Assembly: GCA_951813565.1 (NCBI GenBank)
Contig: OX638351.1
Location: 4,960,001 to 5,024,000 of the forward strand
Length of the DNA stretch: 64,000 nucleotides
From: an uncultured Poribacteria bacterium
Lineage (GTDB): Bacteria > Poribacteria > WGA-4E > WGA-3G
Direction: 5' to 3'
In this document: one piece after another, positions 9,198 to 19,758 of the stretch
Position numbering within the stretch: position 1 is the first letter of the stretch
Layout: each line of letters opens with the position of its first letter
Position numbers and translations under genes: made by a program
The notes under the pieces: generated by a model
What the model was told of the DNA's origin: nothing
What the model saw: only the letters and a program-made list of their open reading frames with translations
The model's database searches: none

Positions 9198-10211
9198 CTA
9201 ACTTGCTTTTGGGCTTCCTTTAAACACGGCATAAAGATACCAAAATGCAGGCACTAACATTATACCACCTATCACAACCACAATTAACACAGGTCGTAGC
9301 ACAGAATCGGGTGCTGCGGTGTTTGAAAAAGTCAGGTTTGGTGTAATGAGATAAGGAAACTGTGCTAATCCCCAACCGAAAATAATTAATGTGACTTGTA
9401 TCGGAACAAGTACACGCGCAAGTCGAAAGTAACGCTTCCAAATAGCCCAAATTGCACAGATCGCAACAGCACCCGTTAAGACATGAAACGGGATTGACCA
9501 AACACTATTGCCCAAGCCACGTCTTATTGAAGGTGCACCTTCCGCAGACAAAAGAAAACTGATCCCTGCCATTATACCGACACTGGCCGCAGCGATAAGT
9601 GCACGAACCCTAAAATCCTCCTGCAATGACGAATCGCCAGTTTCAAGGGTAAGATAAACCGAAGCAAGCAGCGCACACAGAGTCAAAGTGAAAAAGCCTA
9701 TCGCAAAAGGAAACGGTGCGAACCACGATGAGATAAAGTTGGTCTCTACTATGCCAGTATCTACATTGATCTGAATTGTACCTGATGCTACTGAACCTAA
9801 TGTGATACCTAACATAATTGGGGTGATAATACTCGCAACAGCGAACACACGGCTCCATCTGAGGTGTGTTGTGTCCGATTGATCATCGTAGGTCCGGAAA
9901 ACAAAGGCAGTACCGCGAAGCACAATGCCGATGAGCATTAGGGTGAGAGGAATATGTAAAGCGGTACCGATTGTCGCGAATGCTACTGGAAACGCTACAA
10001 AAAGCAAGACGACAATGACAATTAGCCAGACGTGGTTCGCCTCCCAGATAGGCGCGAGGGCATTAGTGATAATGTCTCGCTGTGCTTTCGCTCTGGGACC
10101 CGTCGCAAATAGGTCCCAGACGCCACCGCCGAAATCTGCACCGCCAGTCAACATATAGATAATTAGCGAGATTAACATCACACCTGCGATGCAGATTTCA
10201 AGACCGAACAT
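9198..10211 (-). CDS. cydB: Cytochrome bd ubiquinol oxidase subunit II
   Basis: GADFGGG and PIWEANHVWL motifs, multi-TM, and downstream of cydA. Confidence 0.93.
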   Translation of the reverse strand: MFGLEICIAGVMLISLIIYMLTGGADFGGGVWDLFATGPRAKAQRDIITNALAPIWEANHVWLIVIVVLLFVAFPVAFATIGTALHIPLTLMLIGIVLRGTAFVFRTYDDQSDTTHLRWSRVFAVASIITPIMLGITLGSVASGTIQINVDTGIVETNFISSWFAPFPFAIGFFTLTLCALLASVYLTLETGDSSLQEDFRVRALIAAASVGIMAGISFLLSAEGAPSIRRGLGNSVWSIPFHVLTGAVAICAIWAIWKRYFRLARVLVPIQVTLIIFGWGLAQFPYLITPNLTFSNTAAPDSVLRPVLIVVVIGGIMLVPAFWYLYAVFKGSPKAS

Positions 10212-10344
10212 TGTTTTCTCCGTTCACCCTTAGAGAAAGAAATAATTGTAGATTTAAAATTGAAGAATATACTATCCATAGGCGCTTTGTAGCGCGCCTA
10301 CCGTTGATCTCAAGAGTAAGAAGATAAGATAGCGTATTGATGCA

Positions 10345-11634
10345 TCAATTCTGGAAAATTTGACGGCGCAACAAGATTACAACGATTATTGACAGAAATA
10401 TGTAAAGCACAGTAAAACCGATAAACGGCACGATGAGATGCGGCATAGGTGTTACTGCTTCTGCTGTGCGCATATAGTTATAGATAATCCAGGGCTGCCT
10501 TCCAACTTCTGTAACTGTCCATCCTGCTTCAATAGCAATAAACCCAAGCGGTGTGCACCATGAAACAAACCTGAGGTACCAACTGTTGACAGGTAATCCT
10601 CTTTGTCTCCATGCCAACCATCCACCGAGGATACCCGCGACAATCATCACTATTCCACACGCGACCATTATCTGAAAAGCGAAATGCACAATTGCAACGG
10701 GTGGACGATCTTCAGGTGGAACGTCTTTGAGTCCCATGATTTCTGCATTGAAGTCAGAGTGTGCGAGAAAGCTAAGTGCTTTCGGAATTTCTATAGCGAA
10801 TCGGGTAACTTCAGCTTCTTCGTCTGGAATTCCACCAATGCGTAAAGGCGCGCCGCGTTCGGTTTCCCACTGCCCTTCCATTGCCGCGAGTTTGATAGGT
10901 TGATGCTTAGCAAGCCGTTTTGCGCTGATGTCACCAGAAATCGGTTGGAGAAGGGCAACTACACCACCGACACACAATGCAATCGCAAATGCTTTTCTAT
11001 GAAATGCGTTATCTGGGTCGCGTCTCAGAAAGTAGGCATGTATGCCAGCAACCGCAAATCCTACGGCGAGGAATGCAGCTAATGTCATGTGGAGTGCTTG
11101 GCTGAATGAGGAGGGATTTAGCATCGCTGCAATAGGGTCAATGTTGGTAACCTTTCCTTCAACGATTGAAAAACCTGTAGGTGTGTTCATCCAAGCGTTA
11201 GCAGTGACAACAAAAATGCCTGACAGCATTCCACCTACTAACACCATTACACCAGCGAACCAGTGGACATTCTTCGGCACACGTTCCCATCCGTATAAAT
11301 AGATGCCGAGAAAGATTGCCTCAACAAAGAACGCTAAGCCTTCCAAAGAAAATGGCATTCCGATAATTGGTCCAGCGTATGCCATGAAAGTCGGCCACAA
11401 CAAGCCGAGTTCAAAAGACAGAACAGTTCCTGAAACTGCCCCTACAGCAAACATGATAGCAGTACCTTTTGACCATCGTTTTGCGAGGGTGAGATAGGTT
11501 TTGTCCTTTGTTTTGAGCCACATCCCTTCGGCAATCACCATGAGTAGCGGCATCGCTATGCCGATGGAAGCGAAGATTATATGAAAAGCGAGAGACATCG
11601 CCATCTGAGCGCGCGCTGCTAATAGGTCTTCCAT
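10345..11634 (-). CDS. cydA: Cytochrome bd ubiquinol oxidase subunit I
   Basis: AFHIIF, ANAWMNTP, QPIKLAAMEG and EAGWTVTEVGRQPW motifs. Confidence 0.95.
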   Translation of the reverse strand: MEDLLAARAQMAMSLAFHIIFASIGIAMPLLMVIAEGMWLKTKDKTYLTLAKRWSKGTAIMFAVGAVSGTVLSFELGLLWPTFMAYAGPIIGMPFSLEGLAFFVEAIFLGIYLYGWERVPKNVHWFAGVMVLVGGMLSGIFVVTANAWMNTPTGFSIVEGKVTNIDPIAAMLNPSSFSQALHMTLAAFLAVGFAVAGIHAYFLRRDPDNAFHRKAFAIALCVGGVVALLQPISGDISAKRLAKHQPIKLAAMEGQWETERGAPLRIGGIPDEEAEVTRFAIEIPKALSFLAHSDFNAEIMGLKDVPPEDRPPVAIVHFAFQIMVACGIVMIVAGILGGWLAWRQRGLPVNSWYLRFVSWCTPLGFIAIEAGWTVTEVGRQPWIIYNYMRTAEAVTPMPHLIVPFIGFTVLYIFLSIIVVILLRRQIFQN

Positions 11635-11651
11635 GTGACTTTACCCATAAC

Positions 11652-11680
11652 AAAAATAGGCGGGTGCAGTGACCCGCCTA
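11652..11680 (-). terminator. Probable intrinsic terminator after the dioxygenase gene
   Basis: On the minus strand, hairpin TAGGCGGGT-CACTGC-ACCCGCCTA followed by TTTTT. Confidence 0.6.
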
Positions 11681-11696
11681 TAGGATACTGTAGTGA

Positions 11697-12536
11697 TTAT
11701 GATACCCACGGTTCAAGACCGAGAAGTTTTTTCCCTAACGGGGTCAACTCAGCAGTTTTGCCTTGGTTATGTTCTTTCTCTTTCTGATTTTTTCCGAGTC
11801 CTGTTAGTCGTTCGCGCCATCCTGTAACCCTATTTTCGTTTGTATCTTTGCCACCATTTGGCGCTGGTGACATTGTGATATATTGTGCCATCCGTGGACG
11901 TACAGCAGAGTTAGGACTACTACCATGCGGCAACGCACTGTGCCAGATAACAAGGTCTCCAGCCTTTCCTGCTATAGGAACTCCCTCATCCTGATATTCG
12001 CGTATCAAGCGGCGTGGGTCGGCATCGGTTGGGACGTTTTTCAACCACGACTCTAATTTTCGATGGAAGCCGGGGATGCAGGTAAATGCTCCCTGGTTGC
12101 CGGGGGTATCTGCGAGATATAAAACCCCTTGCACTTTTAACGTTACCGGCATATTATCTAACGACATGTCCCAATGCAAGTAGGGACCGGGAAACTTCCA
12201 ATCATCGCGTTCGGGGGGATTCATGCTGGCACGGTCAAAACTAACCCATAGTTTTTCATTATCCCAGATTTCTGAGAACGCTTGATGTACACGTGGATAT
12301 TGGCGGTTATCCCACAAAGCCTGATGTTGATAAATTTCCACCATAATGCCACGACGTGGCGGATCAGTAGGATACCAACTATCCGGATTGTCACCTTCCA
12401 TTTCAAGAAAATCCCATACGGCTTGTTCTGCAGCACGGCAATTTTTAAGCGGCACTGCTTCACGCACTACGACATAACCGTGTTCTTCCCAAAATTCTAA
12501 GTCTTCTTTACTAAAAACAGGCATGAGTTTCTCCAA
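11697..12536 (-). CDS. Phytanoyl-CoA dioxygenase family Fe(II)/2-oxoglutarate dioxygenase
   Basis: FWEEHGYVVV, HWD (HxD) and AGDLVIWHSALPHGS...R motifs. Confidence 0.85.
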   Translation of the reverse strand: MEKLMPVFSKEDLEFWEEHGYVVVREAVPLKNCRAAEQAVWDFLEMEGDNPDSWYPTDPPRRGIMVEIYQHQALWDNRQYPRVHQAFSEIWDNEKLWVSFDRASMNPPERDDWKFPGPYLHWDMSLDNMPVTLKVQGVLYLADTPGNQGAFTCIPGFHRKLESWLKNVPTDADPRRLIREYQDEGVPIAGKAGDLVIWHSALPHGSSPNSAVRPRMAQYITMSPAPNGGKDTNENRVTGWRERLTGLGKNQKEKEHNQGKTAELTPLGKKLLGLEPWVS

Positions 12537-12630
12537 TATTTGATAAAGCTATACTTAAACATTATTAACGAAGCACTTACAAAGCGCGTCTACCGTGAAT
12601 TTTTCAATCAATCTGAATAACAACAAACAC

Positions 12631-13314
12631 TTATGATGTAAAATGCTGTCGGGCATATTCAAGTCGTTCCGGTACTCCGATATCAATCCATTCTGTTTCG
12701 ACTTTGTGAACGTAGAGTTGGGATAGGTAAGGGAAGACATCCCGTTCAATAGAAAAGACTTCTTTTTCTGGAAAAGCATTGACAATGGAGCGATTAAAAA
12801 GAAAAACTGCACCGTTAGCGCAGCCGGGGCGATCGGTTTGCTGCTTTTCCTTGAACTCACTTATACGTCCTTGTGCGTCAGCAACAATTTCACCGTAAGA
12901 TGTTAAATCAGACACCGAAATCCCAAGTAGTAATCCATCCATTTCAGGACGTAAAAAGGACAACATATCAGTTAAGGAGATATTTTTCATCAAGATGTCA
13001 CCGTGCAAAACAAAAACTGGAAAATCATCAACGAAACGAAATGCATTTTGAATTGCACCACCAGTGCCAAGTGGTTTATCCTCTTTGGCATATCGGATTT
13101 TCACGCCAGCACATTTTTCACCGACCTGTTTATATAGCACATCGTGTAGATGTCCAGAAGCAAGGATTACTTCATTTACACCAGCTTCAGCCAAAAGTGT
13201 TAACTGCCATTCTAAAACGGTGTTTTCACCAATTTTCAGAAGTATCTTCGGAAGTTTTGCCGTTGTCTTACCCAATCTGGTAGAAAGTCCGCCACAGAGA
13301 ATAATCGCTTGCAT
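12631..13314 (-). CDS. Sugar-phosphate nucleotidyltransferase family protein
   Basis: AIILCGGLSTRLG...PKILL, EDKPLGTGGA, FKEK and WIDIG motifs. Confidence 0.85.
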   Translation of the reverse strand: MQAIILCGGLSTRLGKTTAKLPKILLKIGENTVLEWQLTLLAEAGVNEVILASGHLHDVLYKQVGEKCAGVKIRYAKEDKPLGTGGAIQNAFRFVDDFPVFVLHGDILMKNISLTDMLSFLRPEMDGLLLGISVSDLTSYGEIVADAQGRISEFKEKQQTDRPGCANGAVFLFNRSIVNAFPEKEVFSIERDVFPYLSQLYVHKVETEWIDIGVPERLEYARQHFTS

Positions 13315-13347
13315 GCAGAAATTTCCTTAGTGAACTATGAACACTCT

Positions 13348-13755
13348 GTCATAGGTACCCACTACCTAAAGGTAGGGGCTTGTGCTTCCTCGCGACTGCG
13401 GTTTTCGCTTAGCGTCCACCGTCTTAGTGTCGCTCCACTTTAGGCAGCCAAGCCCGCCTGTTTGATTTGTTTTTCGCAATGTCGTGGGTTGGCTCTGTTT
13501 CCACCCATTTTATAGCTGCCCTTTCTACCAGGCACGCCACGCGACAAGTCCTTAGACTTCGGGAGGGGGTGCCTCCGCTCACGCATTCCAGTCTGCATTA
13601 CTGCAGTAGCTTGATATGGACGCTATCCACCAACTTTATAGATTTCGTTATAGCGATGGGTTTTATTCCGCTTTCGCTGGACATTTTGTGATGTCCATCA
13701 CATTGTTAGCCGTGGAAATCCCACAAGCTAAAGCATGGGGATTTGACGGGGAGTG
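13348..13755 (-). mobile_element. ORF-less IS200/IS605-like element, copy 1 (~408 bp)
   Basis: Near-identical to 25928-26334 in inverted orientation. It has subterminal hairpins with TTTA loops at both ends, no terminal inverted repeat and no target duplication, is preceded by TTTAA, and ends ...GGGTACCTATGAC. Confidence 0.75.
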
Positions 13756-14163
13756 TTAAACTATAGAACCTTATGAGAATAAGGAAACATTTCTATGAGT
13801 TAATCCCACATTCCGCAGTTGTTTAATCAGAATTTAATATTTATAGGACAAACCCGTGTCACGAAAGGATCCGTACCGGATAATAGAGATTTGGTGCCGT
13901 GAATTAAGATTCCACTTGTCACTTTTCTTTTTCTCTAATTCACCTGAAATTGCTTGCTCGATGTAGGTGCCACGCAGGTTTGAGAAATAAATATCGAAAA
14001 TCGGAAATTCGAAGTGCGGAATGTAGGGTTAATGCGTTAGTAGTCGCACAATTCATTGTGCCTCTTTTTGTAGGAGCGAGCTCCAGCTAGCGACCTTATG
14101 ATAAAACTGTAGACCACTTTGTAAACACAGCGAACGACACTGTATTATGAATTGTAGAATCTA

Positions 14164-14550
14164 CTATAAATCACTTTCAGGCAGAAAATCAAATGCACTC
14201 TCAATTTGCTCAAGTCTTAGCACTTCTAACTTTGGCGACAAATGGATTGCAATTACATCAAAACGGCAGGGAACGTCCAATAAGTTTTGTGATTGTAGAT
14301 AAGCCAATGCGATTTTAGAAATTTGCCGCTGCTTCTGTTCGGTTACCGCGTATTGTGGCAAGCCAAACTTTAGACTACGCCGAGTCTTCACCTCAACAAA
14401 AACGATTCTTTTTTCTTGCTGGGCGATAAGGTCAATTTCACCACGTTGGAAACGGTAGTTTTGCGCAAGAATCTGATATCCTCGCGCTTTGAGATGTTCT
14501 GCTGCGAATGTTTCACCTATTTTTGCAATGTTCGGCAGTGAACGACGCAT
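14164..14550 (-). CDS. yraN: YraN (UPF0102) family protein
   Basis: GYQILAQNYRFQRGEIDLIA...FVEVKTR...CRFDVIAI, following rnhB. Start set at the ATG at 14550. Confidence 0.9.
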   Translation of the reverse strand: MRRSLPNIAKIGETFAAEHLKARGYQILAQNYRFQRGEIDLIAQQEKRIVFVEVKTRRSLKFGLPQYAVTEQKQRQISKIALAYLQSQNLLDVPCRFDVIAIHLSPKLEVLRLEQIESAFDFLPESDL

Positions 14551-14605
14551 TTGAGTTTCCTTGACTCCACCGCAAGTTGATAAATTTCCAAATGAATAGG
14601 TTTGA

Positions 14606-15196
14606 CTAATCTGGTAGCAATTTGAATGTATTTCTATGAATTGCTGAAGCACCAAACTGTGCTATTGCGAGACGATGTTGTGCTGTTGGATATCCTTTGT
14701 GTTGCTGAAACCCGTAATTCGGGTAAGTTTGATGGAATTCAATCATCAATCTATCGCGCGTTGTTTTTGCAATAACTGAAGCCGCAGCGATTGACAAACT
14801 TAAGCTATCACCCTTAGGAATTGCTTGCCCCGGAATGTTAGTTTTTGGCATCTTTGAACCATCCACAAGCAGATAATCAGGTTTCGGCGTGAGTTGTTCT
14901 ACTGCTTCCGCCATTGCTAATAGTGTAGCTTGTAGGATATTGAAACGCTCAATTTGACGGTTATCTAACGAACCGACTCCGACTGATATAGCAACACGGT
15001 GGATTTCGTCAACCAACAAGGAACGTTGTTTTGAAGTCAATTGTTTAGAATCTTTTAAACCGTGAATTTGACAACCGACAGGCAAGATGACAGCAGCAGC
15101 AACAACGGGACCTGCCAACGCCCCTCTACCCGCTTCGTCTATGCCAGCAATTAGGTTGTAACCATTTTGTCTGCGGGCGCGCTCAAAGGAGTCCAT
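14606..15196 (-). CDS. rnhB: Ribonuclease HII
   Basis: GIDEAGRGALAGPVVAAAV, DSKQL, LVDG, SIAAASVIAK and HKGYPT motifs. Confidence 0.95.
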   Translation of the reverse strand: MDSFERARRQNGYNLIAGIDEAGRGALAGPVVAAAVILPVGCQIHGLKDSKQLTSKQRSLLVDEIHRVAISVGVGSLDNRQIERFNILQATLLAMAEAVEQLTPKPDYLLVDGSKMPKTNIPGQAIPKGDSLSLSIAAASVIAKTTRDRLMIEFHQTYPNYGFQQHKGYPTAQHRLAIAQFGASAIHRNTFKLLPD

Positions 15197-15200
15197 CTTG

Positions 15201-15545
15201 TTATCTTCTTTGTTCTTTGACACGTGCAGATTTACCAGTGCGATCCCTCAAGTAGTATAACTTTGCACGCCGAACAGCCCCATATCGAACCACTTTAATA
15301 CTTTCAATATTGGGTGAATGAAGTGGGAATGTCCTTTCACTCCCTGTACCAAAGGCAACACGTCGGACCGTAAAAGTAGCACTGGTTCCGCCATGTGCAC
15401 GGCGAATCACGGTGCCTTCATAAGCTTGAATGCGCTCCTTCTGCCCTTCTCGGATACGGGTATTCACTCTAACAATGTCTCCAGGACTGAACTCTGGAAT
15501 ATCAGTTTTCTTATATTGATTTTCTACAGATTCTATTAAATTCAT
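15201..15545 (-). CDS. rplS: 50S ribosomal protein L19
   Basis: PGDIVRV...ERIQAYEG...ERTFPLHSP...[10 protein letters not shown]. Confidence 0.97.
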   Translation of the reverse strand: MNLIESVENQYKKTDIPEFSPGDIVRVNTRIREGQKERIQAYEGTVIRRAHGGTSATFTVRRVAFGTGSERTFPLHSPNIESIKVVRYGAVRRAKLYYLRDRTGKSARVKEQRR

Positions 15546-15570
15546 TGTTTATTCCTCCTTTCTTCGTATT

Positions 15571-16305
15571 TTAACAAGATGATTTATTTTCTGATGTTTG
15601 CAAAAGAGCAAGTTCTTCATCAGTGAGTTCAAGGTTTTGAAGTAAATCTGGACGGCGTTGGGCAGTCCGTTTAATTGCTTCTGCATGCCGCCACTTTTTT
15701 ATGTTCTCATGATGCCCACTTAACAGCACTTCTGGCACTTTCATCTCCTCATATTCAGCAGGACGTGTATAATGTGGATGATCGAGCAAATCTTGACTAA
15801 AAGAGTCTTCATGTGCCGATTCAAAGTCTCCTAAAGCCCCCGGCAAAACGCGCCCGATGGCGTCAATTAGCACAAGTGCTGCGACTTCACCACCACTCAA
15901 AACGTAATCACCAATTGAGATTTCAGTTGTGACAATTTTTTGGCGAACCCGTTCATCAATCCCTTTGTAGCGACCACATATAAGGATAAGATGAGATTCC
16001 AGAGACAACGCTTCAACGAGCGATTGTGTCAACGGTGTGCCTTGTGGTGTTAAATACACAATTTGTGCATTGGATTCTGTGTTCAACGCTGCAACAGACG
16101 CAAAGAGTGGCTCTGGCTTGAGAATCATCCCCGCACCGCCACCATAAGGGTAGTCATCAACAGTTCTATGTTTATCTGTTGCCCAATCCCGCAGATTATA
16201 GACGTTAATACTGAGTCGGTCTGCGTCCTGAATGCGTTTTAAAATGCTTGTCTGCAGGGCGGGTAGGATTATCTCTGGAAACAGCGCGAGCACATCCATT
16301 TTCAT
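15571..16305 (-). CDS. trmD: tRNA (guanine37-N1)-methyltransferase
   Basis: DDYPYGGGAGM, CGRYKGIDER, SIGDYVLSGGE and PHYTRP motifs. Confidence 0.97.
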   Translation of the reverse strand: MKMDVLALFPEIILPALQTSILKRIQDADRLSINVYNLRDWATDKHRTVDDYPYGGGAGMILKPEPLFASVAALNTESNAQIVYLTPQGTPLTQSLVEALSLESHLILICGRYKGIDERVRQKIVTTEISIGDYVLSGGEVAALVLIDAIGRVLPGALGDFESAHEDSFSQDLLDHPHYTRPAEYEEMKVPEVLLSGHHENIKKWRHAEAIKRTAQRRPDLLQNLELTDEELALLQTSENKSSC

Positions 16306-16326
16306 CTTGACGCTTGCCTGTCATCG

Positions 16327-16578
16327 CTATTCTTTAGTCCTCGGTTCCTCAAGTAGTTCAAGAATAACCTTTTTGTTTGTTTTCAATCCAGCAGTATATA
16401 GCAACGTTCTAATTGCTTTAAGAGTTCGTCCGTACCTACCGATAATTTTACCTAAATCCGCTTCTGCGACACTTAATTCAATAATAACCACCTTTTCGCC
16501 AGTTACTTCGCGGACTACTACATCATCAGGATAGTCAACAAGGGCTTTTACGATGTATTCAATAAGTTCTTTGAACAT
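16327..16578 (-). CDS. khpA: KH-domain RNA-binding protein KhpA
   Basis: LIEYIVKALVD...DLGKIIGRYGRTLKAIRTLL, directly downstream of rpsP. Confidence 0.9.
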   Translation of the reverse strand: MFKELIEYIVKALVDYPDDVVVREVTGEKVVIIELSVAEADLGKIIGRYGRTLKAIRTLLYTAGLKTNKKVILELLEEPRTKE

Positions 16579-16636
16579 AACTAACTTTCAGTGGTTATAA
16601 AGCATAAAATAGAAAAAACCAGTAGCACCTGAAAAA

Positions 16637-17023
16637 CTATTCTTCTTCAGAGGATTCGGATGCTTCCTCAGTGAGAAGAACTTCCTGATCATCTGCAGAC
16701 AGAGGCATATCCTCATTTTCGTCTGATTCAACTGCTTCATCGTCAGGAAGTGGTTTTCCAAGTTTTTCAAAAGTAAATTTCTTCCAGATACCTTGTTGTG
16801 AAAGCAATCTTTTAGCTGTATCTGTTGGTTGAGCACCACGTCTTAACCACTTCAATGCTTTCTCTTCGTCAATCACGACATCTGCTGGATTCGTTATGGG
16901 ATTATAATGACCGAGACGTTCCAAAAAAACACCATCTCGCTGGGCTCGCGCATCGGCTGCAACGAGCCGATAAAAAGGACGTTTTTTTCTGCCGAGCCGT
17001 TGTAATCTAATTCTAACTGCCAA
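16637..17023 (-). CDS. rpsP: 30S ribosomal protein S16 with an acidic C-terminal tail
   Basis: [25 protein letters not shown]...[14 protein letters not shown] start preceded by GGAGG. Confidence 0.97.
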   Translation of the reverse strand: MAVRIRLQRLGRKKRPFYRLVAADARAQRDGVFLERLGHYNPITNPADVVIDEEKALKWLRRGAQPTDTAKRLLSQQGIWKKFTFEKLGKPLPDDEAVESDENEDMPLSADDQEVLLTEEASESSEEE

Positions 17024-17237
17024 AAAATACCTCCTGGTATATAGTAAACCTATAATTATCCTTATATTTTTGTGCTCTGGCGGCTTTTAACTTACTACTG
17101 ATGGATGAATGTAAGAAGCGCAATGAATTGCGCGACTACAAACACTTCTGTTATTTTGCATTTGTTCAAATCAACACTAAATGCGCTTATAGTGTTTGTT
17201 GGGTTTCACTACGTTCTACCCAACCTACAATACTGTG

Positions 17238-18626
17238 TTATTTACGGCGTTTACGTTTCCGAGGCTTTCTTTTTTTTCGCTGTGTTTGAGGGAGCATACC
17301 CATTTTTCCAGCCATCTTTGGCATTGCCATTGATGCTTGTTGGTTCAACATGTTATTCATCATGCGGAGTTGCGAAACCAATTGATTAACCTGATTTACC
17401 GAAGTGCCGCTTCCTTTGGATATGCGGACTTTCCGACTCCGATCTAACAGCTGAGGATTTTGCCGTTCCTCAGGTGTCATAGACTGTATCATCGCTTTGG
17501 CATATTTCAGATGACTTTCATCTGGTTGTAAGTCTTTGACTGGTAATTGGTTCTTAAAAGGAACGAGATCCAACAATTGGTCAAGGGGTCCCATATTTTT
17601 TATTTGTTCAAGCTGCGTGAGGAAATCGTTAAAATTTAATCCTTTTCTCTCCGATAGTTTGCGTTCTAATTCACGTGCTTGGTCTTCGTTAAAAACAGCT
17701 TCAGCTTTTTCCATCAAGGTTTGGAAATCGCCTTGACCGATGATACGAGACGCCATCCGTTCAGGATGAAATTCCTCAAGTGCAGCTGCCTCAATCTTCT
17801 CTCCTACGCCAATGAATTTTATCGGTTTTTCAGTGACAGAACGGATAGAAAGCGCTGCACCACCACGTGCATCTCCATCCATTTTGGTCAAAATAACACC
17901 GCTAATATCTAAATCGTTATTGAAGTTTTCTGCGACGTTCACTGCATCCTGACCGGTCATTGCATCAACCACGAGCAAAATCTCAGAAGGATTTACCGCA
18001 TTCTTGATACTTTGCAGCTCTCCCATCAAGGTTTCATCAATGTGCAAACGCCCTGCAGTGTCAATAATAATACAATCGCAGCCTCGTTTTAAGGCATCTT
18101 GCACAGAATCCTTGGCAATTTTAACAGGTGACACGTCAGTACCCTGGGCAAAAACAGGGGTCTCAATTTGATCCCCAAGCACCTGTAGTTGTTTGATTGC
18201 GGCGGGGCGATAAACATCAGCCGCAACAAGCATCGGGTTGCGGCCTTCTTTACGGAATTTAAGTGCTAATTTTGCTGCGACTGTTGTTTTACCAGCACCT
18301 TGCAAGCCTGCTAACATCACAACCGTCGGACCGTTGGGTGCTATTTGAATCTTCGCAGATTCAGTCCCCATCAAAGTTGTCAATTCCTCTTTGATAATTT
18401 TTGCGATTTGGAGCTCAGGTGTGAGACTGCCCATCACCTCCTGGCCAAGTGCACGCACTTTGATATTTTCTATAAAATCGCGTGTGACCTTGTAGTTAAC
18501 GTCTGCTTCTAAAAAAGCGCGACGCACCTCACGCAGAGAATCAGAGATGTTGTTCTCTGTCAACTTTCCCTGCCCTTTTATCTTTTTGAAGGTGCTTTGT
18601 AATCGTTCGCTTAAACTCTCAAACAT
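17238..18626 (-). CDS. ffh: Signal recognition particle protein Ffh
   Basis: MFESLSERL, GLQGAGKTT, DTAGRL, TKMDGDARGG and a Met-rich C-terminal domain. Confidence 0.97.
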   Translation of the reverse strand: MFESLSERLQSTFKKIKGQGKLTENNISDSLREVRRAFLEADVNYKVTRDFIENIKVRALGQEVMGSLTPELQIAKIIKEELTTLMGTESAKIQIAPNGPTVVMLAGLQGAGKTTVAAKLALKFRKEGRNPMLVAADVYRPAAIKQLQVLGDQIETPVFAQGTDVSPVKIAKDSVQDALKRGCDCIIIDTAGRLHIDETLMGELQSIKNAVNPSEILLVVDAMTGQDAVNVAENFNNDLDISGVILTKMDGDARGGAALSIRSVTEKPIKFIGVGEKIEAAALEEFHPERMASRIIGQGDFQTLMEKAEAVFNEDQARELERKLSERKGLNFNDFLTQLEQIKNMGPLDQLLDLVPFKNQLPVKDLQPDESHLKYAKAMIQSMTPEERQNPQLLDRSRKVRISKGSGTSVNQVNQLVSQLRMMNNMLNQQASMAMPKMAGKMGMLPQTQRKKRKPRKRKRRK

Positions 18627-18739
18627 GACGATGTGTCCTTTATCAAAGGGAATCAATTATAGAATTATAGCAGATTTTATGGTCTCTGTCAAGTTTTTTT
18701 CGTCTTGACATAAATCTATATCTATGTTAAAACCATGTT

Positions 18740-19753
18740 ATGAAAAACACATCAATAAAATTTATTTTCACCGTCTGTTTAACAGTTTTCTATCTTGGAT
18801 GTCAAGGTGGCGCATTCAATTCTGGCTCTGGCGGATCTGGTTCAGGAATCATTGAAAAATCTGGCGAGTTAACACAAAATGAAATCTGGGATGGACCTAT
18901 CTATGTTACAGGGACTGTTATTGTCCCAGAAGGCATCACGCTGACGATCCGTGCGGGGACGATTATCGGGTTTGAACCAGCAGACGATCCAAGTGGAATC
19001 GTTGTGCATGGTGAACTCTACGCTGAAGGCGCTCCTGATAGAATGATAGTTTTCGGTTCTTTAGGCACTCCGAAAACACCACCGAAATCTAAAATGGAAC
19101 AGACAGCTACGACACCGATTGTACCTCCAACTCAAGGAATAGATGCAGCGCTGCCAAAAACAGGAGATTGGCAAGGTATTAGGATTGAAGCACAGAGCCC
19201 CAACAGTCGACTCACGTATTGTCGGATTCAGCACGCTACTAACGCTATTGTATGCGCAACGGATTCTGTTCAAATTGAGAGATGTCTTTTCAGCGAGAAC
19301 AAAATCGGTGTGCTTTGCGAGGATACCAACCCAACTATATCCGCCAATGAGTTCAACAGAAATGGGAGTGGGGCACAATTTCGCGGTGCCGCCGCACCTG
19401 AAGTGGAATACAATGAATTCAATGCTAACCGATTTGGGCTGGTATGTGAAGATGATTCACGCCCACGTATCCAACATAACAATATCCGATCAAACTATGA
19501 ATATGCTATCATCTGTTACTCTACCTCCTCTCCAGAGATTGTGTCCAACAATATTACTTTGAACAACGGCTGGGCAGTCTATGATGGTGGCAGACTACGG
19601 GACAATTACATCAGCGGGAATAAACAGGTAGGACCCAATGTAACTGAACTGAGTATCGGAACACAGAGCGATCAGTTTTATAGCGTTGATGAGGTTTTTG
19701 ACCCAAGAACTACGCCAGTTTCAGAGGCAGGGGTGCCGAAGGATAATTTTTAA
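18740..19753 (+). CDS. Right-handed parallel beta-helix repeat lipoprotein
   Basis: Lipobox YLGC, VIVPEGITLTIRAGT, WQGIRI, and repeated P.I..N.F..N..G units. Confidence 0.7.
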   Translation: MKNTSIKFIFTVCLTVFYLGCQGGAFNSGSGGSGSGIIEKSGELTQNEIWDGPIYVTGTVIVPEGITLTIRAGTIIGFEPADDPSGIVVHGELYAEGAPDRMIVFGSLGTPKTPPKSKMEQTATTPIVPPTQGIDAALPKTGDWQGIRIEAQSPNSRLTYCRIQHATNAIVCATDSVQIERCLFSENKIGVLCEDTNPTISANEFNRNGSGAQFRGAAAPEVEYNEFNANRFGLVCEDDSRPRIQHNNIRSNYEYAIICYSTSSPEIVSNNITLNNGWAVYDGGRLRDNYISGNKQVGPNVTELSIGTQSDQFYSVDEVFDPRTTPVSEAGVPKDNF

Positions 19754-19758
19754 TCATC

